64,000 nucleotides of DNA. Origin: Balanoglossus misakiensis. Taxonomy: Eukaryota > Animalia > Hemichordata. The notes below the pieces were generated by a model that did no database searches, was not told where the DNA came from, and saw only the letters and a list, made by a program, of their open reading frames with translations. The stretch covers positions 3,278,699 to 3,342,698 of the forward strand of contig CM082581.2 in the NCBI GenBank assembly GCA_040954595.2, written 5' to 3'. A program made the position numbers and the translations under genes. Every line of letters starts with the position of its first letter. Within the stretch, counting starts at the first letter, position 1. Positions 48,708 to 63,000 of this stretch are shown here, in pieces.

Positions 48708-51700
48708 TAGGTATCTGTGTTCCAGGAATTACTTTTTATGTGGAGGACGACTTCTTTAGATCATTGTGGTGCCAATCGCTGAGGCAAATTTCAATAACCT
48801 TGGATGAACACAGAACTGTCGCGGTGCAGCCCGCACAGTGACGTCGACCCCTTCACACTTTGTTATTGAGAAAAAGGTGAAAACAGTTTTTTGACACTTT
48901 ATCAAGGTAGACTCCAAAAGACGTTGACATTTATGTACATGTATTATGTTAGGCTACCTGTTGATGTGACCGACCAGGACATACATGCAGTCATTTAAAA
49001 ACAATCTCAGAAATTTGAAGTAAAATCGAAAAAATCAATCATGTTGCATGGCTTTATGGAGTCAGACTCATGACATCATGGTTTGTACATATGATGGGCG
49101 TGGCTCGGATTGTTATACATGTATAAAGAATACTGAAAATACTAGTTGTACCATAGACAGTAGAAATGTGTCATCATCTGTCTATGATTGTACTGAGTTC
49201 AGTTCTGTCACTCACTAGTAATTATGTAAATTTATGTGAATGGTTGCATAATGTTCATAAAAACACTGAAACAAATAGCTCCCTGTGATTTCATGGGGTT
49301 GGCCAAGGTTGGGTTGGCCTTTATATAAAGGGGCCTGAATTATTAAGAAATTAAATGCTGCTATGAAAAATGCCAATGCAATATAATTTATTCGAGGGGG
49401 AAGAAAATTTTTTGATAACACTTACAAGGCAACAATAACCAGAAGTACATTGTATTCTTTGTTTAACGAAAGGCACAGGTCCGGCGACAATCTCCACACG
49501 GACTGCGCATAGTGAGACTGTGGAGCACGTACGACCACAGTTAGGGACTGAGATAGGGGACTGTGGTACGACCTAGATTACGTAAAAGTCGTCATTGTGT
49601 ATGATGTTAAGTATTAGCGTTGTGGCTAATGCGATGACGTTTTTTTTAGAAATATAATTTAAAATGACTTATCGATTATGTGAGAAAGGCTGGCATTTAT
49701 AACAGTAAAAGACTTGACAAATAGAACAAGATCTAACTAGCAAGGCACACTAGACTAAATCGGTGAAAATATTCCGATCAGAGGGGCACGTTTTTTTCCT
49801 GATCGGTATATTTCTTCCGATCGGGACAGATTCTCCCATTGCCCTATTGATTTGATTTAGAAATGATTCAACATGGTGGTATAACACTGAACGTCAGAAT
49901 AAGCTTCGGCAATTTACCAGTTTGCGTTCGCTCGAAATGCACTATGGGGACAGACACAAAACCGACGGGAGGGGTAAGCGATGATCCAAGAGAAAAGCAA
50001 AAGGCCTTGCTTTTAAACATAATTGCAAAAACGAAGTTTTCTACCTATTCTAATAAAACGTTGCACACAATATTCAGTTACATTTCGTAGTTCAGTCTCA
50101 AAAAGTCTGCAAAATTTTATAGCCTATATTTCCAAGTTGTAATGAGTAAGAACACGTTTATAAAATTAATGTCGATACCTGTGCATAAATGTCGACATGT
50201 TTACACATGCCGTAATTTCTTTGAATGAACCCTTTGTTTTCAGCACGCATCACTAATGAAATGACTTGTCAATGGTAAGACAAAACAACTGGTGTATTGT
50301 TTGCTGTCTTTTCATGTGTCACAGTCCCTCTATGGACTGTGATGTGTTCAAATGTATAAATAGTCAAAATCCTAAACTGAACACAGCGACTGATTTTCCA
50401 CGTTATACAAACACTTACCTGGTATCGAATAGGCTAATTTTCACCGCCTTCTTTATGAACTACAAAATGAATATCCTTCCACTTTTCCCAAATCCGCAAT
50501 AGTGGATCTCGTCAGCTTATGATCGGTCGATTCTCCTTGAATATCGCGCGCAGACTACAGTACAAACAAAAAACGCGTATTTCTATGTCCAGTTGTAGGC
50601 ACGTGGTTTTGTTTGTACCGTTGTGCTTGCATTCGAGTTAAACCACAAACTTACGTGTTTCGCCTATTGGCGGACAAACGTTCTGTTGGCACAGGCAGCC
50701 TTAGATCTGATCCGACAACGCGACAGGTCTTTATGCCTTCTCGTCTCAGGAAACTGTTTGAGTCAAAGGGAACTGTAATGTTACGTCAATGCACACATTA
50801 TTGGCAGGGACGATGTTGGTGCTTTAAATATGAGTAAAGCAGCGACAACGTTGGCGACAATAAACGCGGTCTATGTTTATAAGTGTGCGTGCCACACGGC
50901 GTATCTAGCGTATCTTCGTATAAGACATGCATAAAAATTAATAAAATTATAATCCGACCAAATTAAATTGGGAAATTTGTATTTAGTGTAACGGGAACAC
51001 GATTTGTAATTTGTAAACTACAGCGTACGTCATCTACAGCGGAATAAGAGGAAAGGCCATATTTGCTTATAATTTGATATAATTAGGAAAAATCAATTTG
51101 GACATAGGGCCTAATTGGCTAAGAATTTGCGAGGGGCCGGGGGTAAAGGAAAACTATCTGCGACCCATTTTCATCTCTATTTATCAACGATATTAACGAA
51201 AACTCAATTTCATAAACGGTCAGGAGCATGAACTTTTCCCAAAAAGAACACTGAACAATTTATCTGAACAAGAAAGTATAACATAAATAAAATGTCTGTG
51301 TGTCAAGTTAAATAACCTTTCCTACAAAATTCATTTACTCAACGCCGCGTTGCCATTATAAAAACCCAGTAATACACCACACCATATGAATCTACTCCAG
51401 CTAAAATAATCAATGCATGTATTGGAAATCGAATTTAATCCGCCAGTGCTGACATCACGACCAAAGCACGTGGTTAAACATCAATGTATACTTAATGCAT
51501 TTATAGATATCAAAAATCAAATCAATATCAGATTTAACATAGACCATCGACCTGAGATTTGTACTCCTTTCATTGTAATACCGCTACATTTATATTTCCT
51601 CTCAAATTATGCACATGTCTTTCGTTTATTCGAAATGAACTGGATTAATCAGTTGTTATAGGTGCTGATAACGCGGACTTCATTAGCTTGGCATCCAAGG

Positions 51701-53884
51701 TATAAATGAATGGGATTGAAGTCTAGTAAAATTGGTATTGATTTTAAATGGACAGATGCAAAATAGCGAATGCGCGTCAAATGAAATGCCTATATGCGTC
51801 CTCATATACATGCTGTTAATTTTGCACGAGTGTATCTTTTATTGGGTCTTGTCATTTACAGTCACACGGCAGTGAATTAATTATTCAATTAACCTACGAC
51901 ATGAATATACAGCTAATTCACATAAGTCTAAGGGCGTCTGGATTTTATCCCCAAGTTATTAGAGTTTACGACTCTGAACAGTGCAGCGTCAGCGTTTGCT
52001 GGTGTATACCCGCCTGTGTCCTCTGAGACTAGACACGATGCTTAATTTTGCCTTGAACGTGACTAATTTATAAGTGCTTTTCGAGTCAAACGTTTTATCT
52101 CACCTTTTCAATGGTGTAACAGTGCAAACCCAATATGGCCCTAAAGCGATTCCCCTCTATGATTGGTAACGTACTTCATCTTTAGACAATATTTTAGTAC
52201 TTTCATCAAGTGTATCCTGTAGTTTCGTAGGCTATATTTCTTACAACATGTTGGCATGACCAGAATTCGGCTTGTCATCACATACTATATACGTATCCTA
52301 ACTGGCAAAGTTATTGTTGACAATTGAAATTTGTCCGGACTATTTTAGTGTCAACACCAACTTACACTTCGCACGTACAAATATTTTATTGACTATAGCA
52401 GGTGGAACAAGAAACTGACACCGTTGTACAGACAGAAACAGTGGTGTAATCCTCAAAAGTTACAGTTTCCGTCCTTTAAAATGCCTTGTTCGTGTATTCG
52501 CTGAAAGTCAGTGTGCGAGATTATTTTTTTCTAACAAATTAAATTTCCGATTTCTTTTTCCGCAATTCGTTACGCTTGAAACGCTAATCAATCATGCCTG
52601 GTTATATATCCCTTGTAAGCCCCGGTAGGCAATCGTAAAGAGTGTCCATTTAATCTAAAGTCATAGATCGTTGACCTATAGTCTGTGACGTCATCAGATG
52701 ACGTTGTTGGGAATGATAAATATCAGGATGAAATAAATTGTTCCCCGCTTCCGTTGCACAAATAACAAACGTAAAATCACCATTTAAGGAAAGTCAAATA
52801 AAAGGACCCCACCTGTTACAAAGTCTGACCTGATGCAATACAATTTCGTTCGCAACCCACGAGAAACTATTAATAACTCGAACTGTGGGTGTGGGGATCT
52901 CATCATCATTAATTCTGGAGGTTTCCATAATCTGATATTCAGAAATGTGTCTGAAATGCGATAGCGTGGACGTTTCAAAATATCGCATATCAGTAATTCG
53001 GCAATAGTTGCTTCGCAACCAGTATAATTTCAAAGAGAGGAGGCGATATATTTCTCATGTTTCTCTCCAGCAGCGTGTCAATCAACTCAATTCCATTAGA
53101 TGAAATTAGAGGATTTTGGTTGTTGTGTGTGTCCCTGCAAAAAAGCTTGTAACGCAGCCGAGTGGGTTGTAATTGAACGTTGTAAAGTAATATCCACTTT
53201 TACTTCCATTGGGGCCTGGGGGTTGCTTCTCTTCACCATGTATTTTTTTCTGTGTAACTCGTTGTAGAAATCTTTAATTGAAAATCAGTGTTTTCCCCGC
53301 CTCCAATATTCTTCATGTCATTGATATGTAAAAAAGATGGACTATTATTAATGAGCAGCACGAGATGCAATAAGGAATGGAAATAGATGTATGAAGTAAT
53401 TTCAGGTTTACTATTATATCTGCAGATATTTACCAGTGTCATGTTAAAAGATGCGACCTAAGGAATTCACTCTTTGAAAGAAACAGAATCCCCTAAAAAT
53501 ATTTATTTACCGAAAGCTTAGATAAAGGGGAACATTTTGGTTACTTCAGTAAAAGACCCTGTTTTACACAACCACGTGACAAGCAATTTAAATAACCTTC
53601 CAAAAACCAGTTTTCTCGTTGTTTTGATATATCTGGCTCAAATTTGCATGAACACAATCTGTCGTAACTCTCATACAAAGTACATTCTGTTTATCGATGT
53701 TTAGAAATGAGGTAGAAATTTTGATGTTGACAGAAATTTAGAGGTCTATAAAAAACGAAGAATATTCAAGTGTCGAGCAGAGTTCAGTGACAGTTGCTAG
53801 TTGGTGGCCTTCCTTGATAAACTAGAGCATACAACCTGATTACCATACGGACGGGACCTTCGACACAAGCCACTTCTTGTGTCA

Positions 53885-54075
53885 GCTGCTCAATCGCGCG
53901 AGCGGGCGGTGCAATTCAAGACAACACGTAAGGACATTCATTGTATCATGACGGTGGTTGTTGTTGTTGGTTTGTTTTTATTTATTTATTTATTTATTTC
54001 TATACCACTCGATCGCGAGAGCGGGCGACTCAATTCAAGACTCCGCGTAAGGACGTTCATTGTATCATGATGGTG
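53885..54075 (+). repeat. Two diverged direct copies of a ~70-bp CpG-rich unit (period about 120 bp)
   Basis: CTC(A/G)ATCGCG(C/A)GAGCGGGCG...AATTCAAGAC...CGTAAGGAC.TTCATTGTATCATGA.GGTG occurs twice. Confidence 0.8.
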
Positions 54076-56388
54076 TTCTTGTTGTTTGTTTATTTATTTG
54101 ATTATTTATTCATATGGTTACCTTTTTGGTCCCCCAAATGCTATGGCCCCAATAAGAACGTCTACTTCGCCTATGGACCCCTTCAATATTGAAATACGGA
54201 CAAAATAATTGTATTGACTGCAAGGATTTTTCTTACCACTTGGCGACGCATACCACGATAGCTGCGTACTGTTTGTATTGAGGCTGATTAAATCAGTGTG
54301 GCATCATTTTAATACATAGAGTGATCAAATTGCAACATGCAGCCACAATTGGGCGTCGATAAGATGTTCATGTATACCTATCAATAAGCTTATTTAGATG
54401 GACCAATTTAAGTTGGAAAATAAAGTCATGAAAATAATGCAAATAGTGGCAGCTCTAGATATAATACATAGGTGTATTTTGATGAGTACATATAGCTGTC
54501 TAGCTTGAACTTTACTTACACAGAAATGTCATCAACATGTAGAATTTCTGTGTCTGTTATCGTACAAGATTTATTGGGTTTTATATAAAAATTACAATTC
54601 AAAACAATTTATCACATTTCATATATGCTCAGACTCTTTGACAATACATAAAATATTATAGTTTTCAAATATATACAAGTATAAAAAACAAAATTCACTT
54701 CTGTTCAGACCTTTTAATATATTCAATTTGCATAATGGTACATATATCTACATATTATGCTCAATGGACAACACAATACTAGTTTACAATTGACAAACAA
54801 ACAATATATCACATACTAATTTATAAGATCTAACTGGTGACATTAGATCTGAGGAAGTATAACCACACAATCATGACATAGGTTATATCTGTCGTATCAC
54901 TTTGAGAAGTTATTGTCAGTAAATGGCCTCTATCAGATGCTAGTACAATAAAATAATAGTTACAATGGTTTCTTTCTTGCATGGGAAATATTTGGGCATT
55001 TATGGTAATTTCATTTTAATGGTATATTTTTCTTTTTGTGGGTGGACGGTTATACATGTACGTTGTTCACATTCGACATTTCAGTTTACATGTAAGTAGA
55101 TCTCTGCTAGAGGAGAGAAAATCATTTAAATGCCAAAGCAACACACTGTCAGGCAAATGTCAGTCATTATATACCTGACACTGATTAAAGTGAAACATTT
55201 TTGGTTAACCATGGTGTATCTGCAATCATAGGCTTTGCAATCTTGAGGACAAAAAAGTCAATATCAAGTGCACGGACCAATGGCAGAGAAAGAGAATAAT
55301 CAAGGGCAGGAATTTGGATAGACAATCGAAAAATCCGATATAAAATCGAGATAAATTGTGATAAACAGCCCCTCCTGCCAGCTTCACTTGGCCGTTGAGG
55401 GCGCAAATTAAATAAGAGGAGAGGTGTGTGCAGGCAGCAAAAGGGGCAGTGAGAGAATCTACTTCATCTAACCAGTGGACTACGGGTGATGACTGGCAAT
55501 CAACAAACAGGAATTACTGTGATTAAACACTGGGGAAATATGTTGGGTACTTCTACCAGCTTGCAAGGAAAGGGCTCTGTTATCTGTAAACTATACCGGT
55601 AAAGGATCATAGTGCAACAGAAATTGACGTGAGGAAAATACAAAAAGCAAGTTACGGCATTTCATTTCTTGGTTTAGTAGTGTTTGGATAAAAACTTTGA
55701 AGACCAGATGAACTCAATTTCCCACATGCAAGGTTTCATGATGTAACTTCCATTCATAACGTACCAACACAATGAATCCAATAGCCATATCATATGAACA
55801 TTGGAACTATATACCCCACCCCAGTATTGACATAATGTATACATGAACTTTACATCAACTTCACTGTTTACTACCAGTACAACACTGATAGAGACTGTGC
55901 TACAGGAGATAATTCCCCTGTATATAATGTAAATAATAGAGAAGTAAAAAATCTGCATCATGATGGCATTCGCAGTATTTTAGAGGAAAAAGTAAAACCT
56001 GCAAGTCTGTTACTTGACAACAACGGAAGCAACATAAGTGTTTTTGATAGATAAGTTCTACTTATAGTCGGTAACATTCAACTTCGGAAATTTGTCCTTA
56101 AAGTCAGGATTTGATCAGAGAGCTGGTGTTTGTACTTTACTGTTAATGTAAAATCAGGAGCTCTGATGGTGAAGTGAAATTTGTGAAGCTAGGAGAAGAG
56201 GGAAGCTTTAATAAAATGGACTTTCAGTAGTATTGTTGATCTGTAGAATTCACTTCCATCACAACTTCATGGTGAATTTGTTGTCTAATTTGGGAAAATA
56301 CAACCTACTGTTTGCCGGCTTTGACTCTATTTTAATGCAAGATTTACTTTATGCTACGTTACTCTCCCTATAACTGCAATTCACTGAG

Positions 56389-56843
56389 ATAATAATATGA
56401 GGTTATTACGAAAATACCACAAAGTATGCACGAGGACATTAGCGCCAAGTATCGCCCGACGCGCAGTGGAGGGCGATGCGCTGCGCTAATGTCCGAGTGC
56501 ATAATTTGCGGTATTTTCATAATAACCTTATTATTATACATCTTACATCTCCGTTAGTTCTTGTGTTACATGTTACTTGGCTTTCAAAACGCCCAAAATG
56601 CCGATACAATCGATCAAAACTGCTCAGTTGACTCAGTGAGCAGCCATTTTTCATTTTTGTTTACGTGGGTTGGAGTGGGGGTGTCTTGAAACCGTCCGCA
56701 TAACAGTGCATACCTGTACACAGTGAGTTGGGGCGCCTTGAAACTTGAGGCGTATTTAACACGCGTTCTGTACGTACCGTTCCGTACAGCTTTTTTAGTG
56801 CACGCTAAATTCTATTGTTCTCGGTGCCAGATGTATAATAATA
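56389..56843 (+). mobile_element. Hairpin-ended element (possibly Crypton-like) in the KNDC1 3' UTR
   Basis: Hairpin at about 56395-56530; TATTATTATACATCT (56529-56543) is inverted at 56829-56843. Confidence 0.55.
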
Positions 56844-56847
56844 CAAT

Positions 56848-57076
56848 CTACTGCAGAGAGGCTTTGACTCTCTTTAATGCACTATTAAACTTTTGGCCCC
56901 TTCTCTCTCCCGATAACTGGAACTGAGATAACTGTTGAGAAGCCAGCATATGCAGATCTTGTCCCTTGAATTTCTCAATTCGTTGCTGTATCAGACTTTG
57001 TAATTGTGGGTCAGCTTCAAAGTCATATTTGTGCTCCTTGAAAATCCGGATTTGGTCCACCAGTTTGGCAATGGTT
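56848..57076 (-). CDS. KNDC1: KNDC1 terminal coding exon
   Basis: poly-T + cag acceptor; TIAKLVDQIRIF...ADPQLQSLIQQRI...KASLQ*. Confidence 0.9.
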
Positions 57077-60000
57077 CTGAAAAAAAAAAAAATGAAATAA
57101 TGGCCTTATTGCAATATAGACAACATTAGCATTGTTTCATCCTTATGTTGGTTATTGTTATACACAATATTATTCATAATTTTCTGCTTAAGGCCTCCAG
57201 AGCTGCCATTTTTTTTGCTTTATTTTCATGATTTTATTTTCTACTATCTTTGTCTGCTAAAGCTAAACAACACTTGCCCATAAACTTACCTCAGCTTGGT
57301 CCATTTGTACATTCCATTGGCAAGTGTAAAGCTACCAATTTCCAGTTGCTGAACATGCATTAAGAATAAAAGTGTGCATGGCAATGTGGGGCGATCACGA
57401 TGACTCTCACCCTCAACTAGACAATGGCTATCACTCTTCAAGAACATTTTAGCTGCAGTCAGTTCTTGCATGGCATAGTTGGATTTGGCTGGAATACTGC
57501 GCCAAGCCTGCAGAGTTCAAAATGTAAATAAGAATTAACTTTTCTTAATACTTCATCACCACCCCCACCCCCACCACAAAATACAGGCCTAGGTAAGAAA
57601 AATTAGCAAAGCAGAGAATCAATATCATGGAGATGAAAAATGGGCTGTATAGCAGCAAAATCTCAATAATTTAGCTGCGCAAGAGGTTGTTAGCTAAGCA
57701 ACAAAATCTATGTAGTCCAGCTGCAATTTTCAGGAATATCCTGAAGTTCCCTGCATTTTAAAATGACAACCGGGAGTACAAACGCTCGCTTATTGTAAGT
57801 TTTTCCCGATATTTACTTGTTTGAAAGCTAAATTTCAGAATAAAAGGTAGCGCGCTCCGGGTCCAATGTTTTAGAAAATAGTTGTGCCAAACGATTTTGT
57901 TGAACTCTCAATACTTTAGAAGAAGATAGAAAAAACCTCAGAGCACAGAAACAGCTTGCTCTGTGTGGCATGATGGGGCTGTGTGTCTTATGGCCGGTGA
58001 TGCCTCCTGCATTGCTGTAAGTAGACTCTCTCACAGCCCACGGTTCGCTACAAGGCTCTTCACTGACGTGCCCTCAACCATTTAGCAAAGGAGAAGCACC
58101 ATAGGGTGTTGTGTATGCAATCAGACCATAAGCCTGCATGGACGGTGAGAGGGGCTGTGAGAGAGTCTACACTGTAAGACACACAGCCCTACCCCGCAAG
58201 GATGTATGACATATTGATATGAATAGAATCACAAATATTGCTTCATTGTCCTAAAAAGCTAAATTTCACAATAGATATTAATTGTCAGTTTTGCCTTTTT
58301 TTCAGTAATTTTCTCCTGTATATTAACTCCCGCTTCTTGTTCCAGTTTGAATCGCTAGATGAAATGTTCACTAGCTACTGAACTATACCTGCATATGAGT
58401 TACAGCCATTCTTATTGATGACAAATCAATTATAGCTTTGAATTTGATTTTTAACAATAACGATGCTGATTATTATGAAAAGAGCTATGTTGAAACTAAA
58501 CACTAAGTATTTCTTCAGGTTTGCAGTGTAAATCAAGAAAACACAAAATATCCAATAGAAAAGGCCAAGACTCACCGGTACTTGTCTGATGATCAGATTA
58601 TCAAGGCCATCAATAATCTGCACACATGTATCATAGTTTCTCAGTTCATAACATGTCTTGGCAAGGTGGATAAATTTACTGAGAAGTGCAATCTGTGCCT
58701 GTTGAAATAAATGACAAAGAAATACTGATCTATAATGTGCATGAAAGTTACAAATGGCCAGTTCATTACATGTTTGGTATTTGATGCAAATATAGAGCAG
58801 TGTGGCACTCAAAATTGAATTGCACATTTCCGGACCTCCATGACCAATGTGGGGCTTATTTAAGGATGTATGCGCAGAACATAAACTGATAAACAGTGCA
58901 CATGTGTCTTTTTCCCATAGAATTACATCGATAACTTCTAGAAAACAAATTTCTACTATTGTCATTTTCACGAAAATTTACACATAGCTCAGTCAAGGAT
59001 TAATTAAATTTATTAGTCAAATAAAATGAGATAAATTTCGTTAAAATTTTTGCCCATTGGTGAAAAATGCTGAGTCAGCAGTTTTCTTCTATTATCAACT
59101 AAATTCATGACTCTATATTTTATTACAGATTTTCATTATACATACACAGGATATTCCAAAATCAACAATTAAAAGAAATGACAATACTTTCAATTTTACA
59201 GAACGTCCATCGTTATTTCTATGCTAACAAGCCGGGCAACACATCTACTGTTTTGTGAACATGTACTATTATGGGACGAACTTTTTTGCAAGCGTTGTTG
59301 GTGAGGTCACGTTCAAGACTTGGGGCTAATGAACCACCTTTTATAGAGGTGAGGATTTGGCCCAGTGATTTTGTGATTGGTCCAGCTTGCTATGTTGGAA
59401 TCCCATTAAATACAAAGTGACATGTCCGGGTGGCTATTGGGAGATCAGTTGAGCAGTGGAAACAATGTTCTGCGTGTATTTGAGGGTTTGATTTTGTTTG
59501 ACATAACATGGATCAGGTTAGTGGGGCATGCTTGAGGTGCAACTCAGCTAATGAACCACCTTTTTTGAAGATGGAAATTTGGCAATTGTGCACAGACTTG
59601 CTTGCTGCATGAATTTGTAAGGTACAGGTCAAGTCACTCCATGAGTGGTCCGAAGTCACAGTTGGATCTTGTTCTTATGCATGTTTAATTGACTGTGCTC
59701 ATGGAAAAAGTCCCCTGAGCCAAATATCACCCTTTTTACAAAAGGTGTAAAATAAAAAGCTCCCAGTGTCAAAATTACATAAAATTAGAGTGTGTAATAA
59801 AACATATTTCTCTCAGAATGAAGATGATTCATGTCTTGCTATGTGGTTTGAAAGAGTCAAGTTTCATTTTCCTTCTCTTATGAATCAACTTTCTGGAGGT
59901 TTCTCAAAAATTCATCAGTATATTGGGCTAATTTGAGTAAAATCATATTAACCTTGTTGTTATTATTAGCTCATATGTTTAAACTTAGACAAATTCATTT

Positions 60001-63000
60001 GCTAACCCTCTGGTGACAATGATGAAAAGCGAACATGTATCAAGCTGTGTACACGTACCTTGACTGAACTGCAACAGAGTATTTCACATGACACCCAGTG
60101 TGAAACACTTCTGGCATAATCCAGTAATGTGAGAATGATCTGTTCATCCTGTAGGTTTTCCACAAACAGTGAACTGCTTTTCACTGCTTGCGAACCATCG
60201 ACATCATCACCGGTGGTTTGTTTGTTCGAAGACACTCTTCTGAACAGTGGATTGATGGTACTTTCTACACCAACACCAAATGCTCTGGAGTTCATCAAAT
60301 TGGTTGGATGGATTTTCTTAAACATCTCCTGAAAAGTCAAATACAAATGGACTGATAATTATTACTTCTTATATGATGACATAAATGATGTTATTACACC
60401 TTGAGCTGTATCCTGTACTCCTGATTGGCTAGCAGGAGGCAGCCAATCATGAGCTGACCTCTCTCTCTATGCACACTGTCACATATGGGTGATGGATAAA
60501 AGCTAATTCCTGACATCATTTGGCAACTCCCCTGGAGATATATGTAGGTTACATCTCGCAGACTCATAGATGACATCAGATTGATAACTTGGACCTAGCT
60601 AGGGAGCTCTTTGTTATGAGCATGCTCAGCAGACCCGTTTGTGGCGGCAGACTCCATCTTGTTTTCTGGGAAACTTTTATGTAGGAGCATTGTGGACCCG
60701 GTCGGAAATAAATGATATATTGTCAAACTATTAAGATGTCCGTGATCTCACCTGCTGCATTAATGTCATCTGATAAGCCAGTGTTGATGTCAAATGTTCA
60801 CTAATGGAGAACCAATCTCTCTGCAGGGATTGAGCGGCAAAGTAGACACCAGACTCAAACTTCTTTGGATCTTTAGTTGACACACAAGCAACAACACCAA
60901 CTTTGCTCTTGTCTTTCTTGGACGATGCCGTAAACCTTTTTCGTAGTCCTATCGCAGCTTTAAAGGGGTTAGTCTTAAATGGAAATGAAAAAAAAAGATG
61001 TTATTTATCAGATCTTGCGTTCACATGCAGGAGCCAGTATTGTAACAATGTCTGTCTGTGTGTCTCTGGCAACAATACTTCATTACATTTGACAAGAGCT
61101 GATAAACTCTTTGGACTTGAGGCTTGCATACATAATTTTTTTTGGTGATTCTTAGGAAAGTGGTACATACCAGTATATCTCAAGAATTTACCTGAAAATT
61201 TCAACACTGATACAGTGCTGCTAAATTTTTTGGCTCTGACAGACTTTTGTAGATAGTTGTATGACAAGCACCCAACTGAACATTGGGGACAGGCCATATG
61301 ACTGAGGTCCAAAAAAACCGTATCAGAGCCATAAATGTTTAAGCAATAACCCCCGCCCCGTACAATTCGTAGGCGAGTGCTATATGGAGCGAATTGTACC
61401 CAAATCGAGTGTATACCCGACTGAGGCGGGGGTTATTGCTATTATATTATATCAACAATTGTTTTTGTGGCATATCAGTGTCATTTTCTTAGCGAAACGG
61501 CGTCAGAAAGAGAAATTACGATCGTGAACCAACATGGCGACGATGAATGTAAACACGAGCGGCCGGGATCGAGCATTAAACATGAAGCAGACGACAAAAA
61601 GTGACAAAAGTGCAAAATATTCAGAGCAGAGCAGTTCCAAAATAAAACGTCCGTAAATTCAAGTGTTTTTTTGTTACTTATTTGGTTTAATCCCACGCGA
61701 CTGTGGTTTAACCACACATTTTCTGTGCTGCATGCTCGTTCAGGGGCCCGTTTTACCACTGACAGCAGTGGTAAAACAGTATTTTACCATCGCTCTCGTC
61801 CAATCAGAATGGCGGATGGTAGCATGATATAATATAATTCATCATATATCTAGAAGTATGCTACATAATTTCTCTAAAACAATTCATCATAGAGATAATT
61901 TGTGCATCATGGAAATACAGTGCATTTTCTTTTGATCATTCAGGTAAACCAATGGCAACAGTTTACCAGACGAACATCTTCTAGAGAAGCCTCAATGTCA
62001 ATGTCATTACTGACAAACTACCACCTGTAGTACTTATCAGGTCCAAGGAATGAATTTATCATGCATAAAGTTTGATAATTAGGGTTAAAGGAATACTGTA
62101 AAACACTTTATTTTCGCAAGTTGAAATTTTCGCGATATCGAGAGAGGCCACTTTTTCGCGAGTATTAATTTTCGCGTTCTCTTCTTTCATTCACTGCATC
62201 GTTATCTTCAAAAAAAAATTGTGACTTTTTATTTTCACTATTTTGGCTCTCGCGTATTTTGCGAAAATTTATTGCTCGCGAAAATAACCTGTTTCACAGT
62301 AATTCCATCACATAATCAAAATGTCCACACCTTTTTGTAAGTGAGCTAAAATTCATTAAGAACTTAGAAACCTGCTTGGATTTACATCAACAATTCCCTT
62401 CTATTATTACAACTAACAGTGTCGATCCACCTACCGATTTCGTCTGTGCTTTTTCCATTGGAGTGTCTCCAGATACCACTACAAAGTCTTCTTCAACTTT
62501 ACTCGTAGTAGTCTCAAATGGTGTCGCTCTAAAACTCTTTTCATCCTTCTGGGACACACTCTGATGTTTTCCCAAAATCAGAAGTAGGTGTTCACCCTGG
62601 GGATCAACTGGTATAACCTTTAAAGGAAAAAAATATATGCAATTTAACTCCAGGACCCGCAACAGAGAACTTCATTACCATTCATCATATGTGGTGGTTA
62701 GCAGCCCAACGTCTTAAAAATCAGTGTTTAAAGGTATGGAAAATTGTCTATAGTTACCATGGCAAATTGAGATCTAGCCAATCACAGATTTTTAGTGGGT
62801 GGCACCATGCGAAAAAAAGAGCGCCACCATATGTTCTTTAGAATGCTCAAATACTCCATTTCAGCCATATATGGGCGTATGTAAATTGGAGGTGACTGTA
62901 TACCTTAAAACTACTTGTATGTAGTATTTTTAGCAACTGCTAGCGAGCCCAGTTGAGATTTGTGTAATTATTGTCACCATTTTATAGACTTTGAAAAATT

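Noticed and set aside
50238-50260. REST/NRSE-like TTCAGCAC site upstream of a neuronal gene
   Set aside because: Only the left half-site is present; the GGACAG half is absent.
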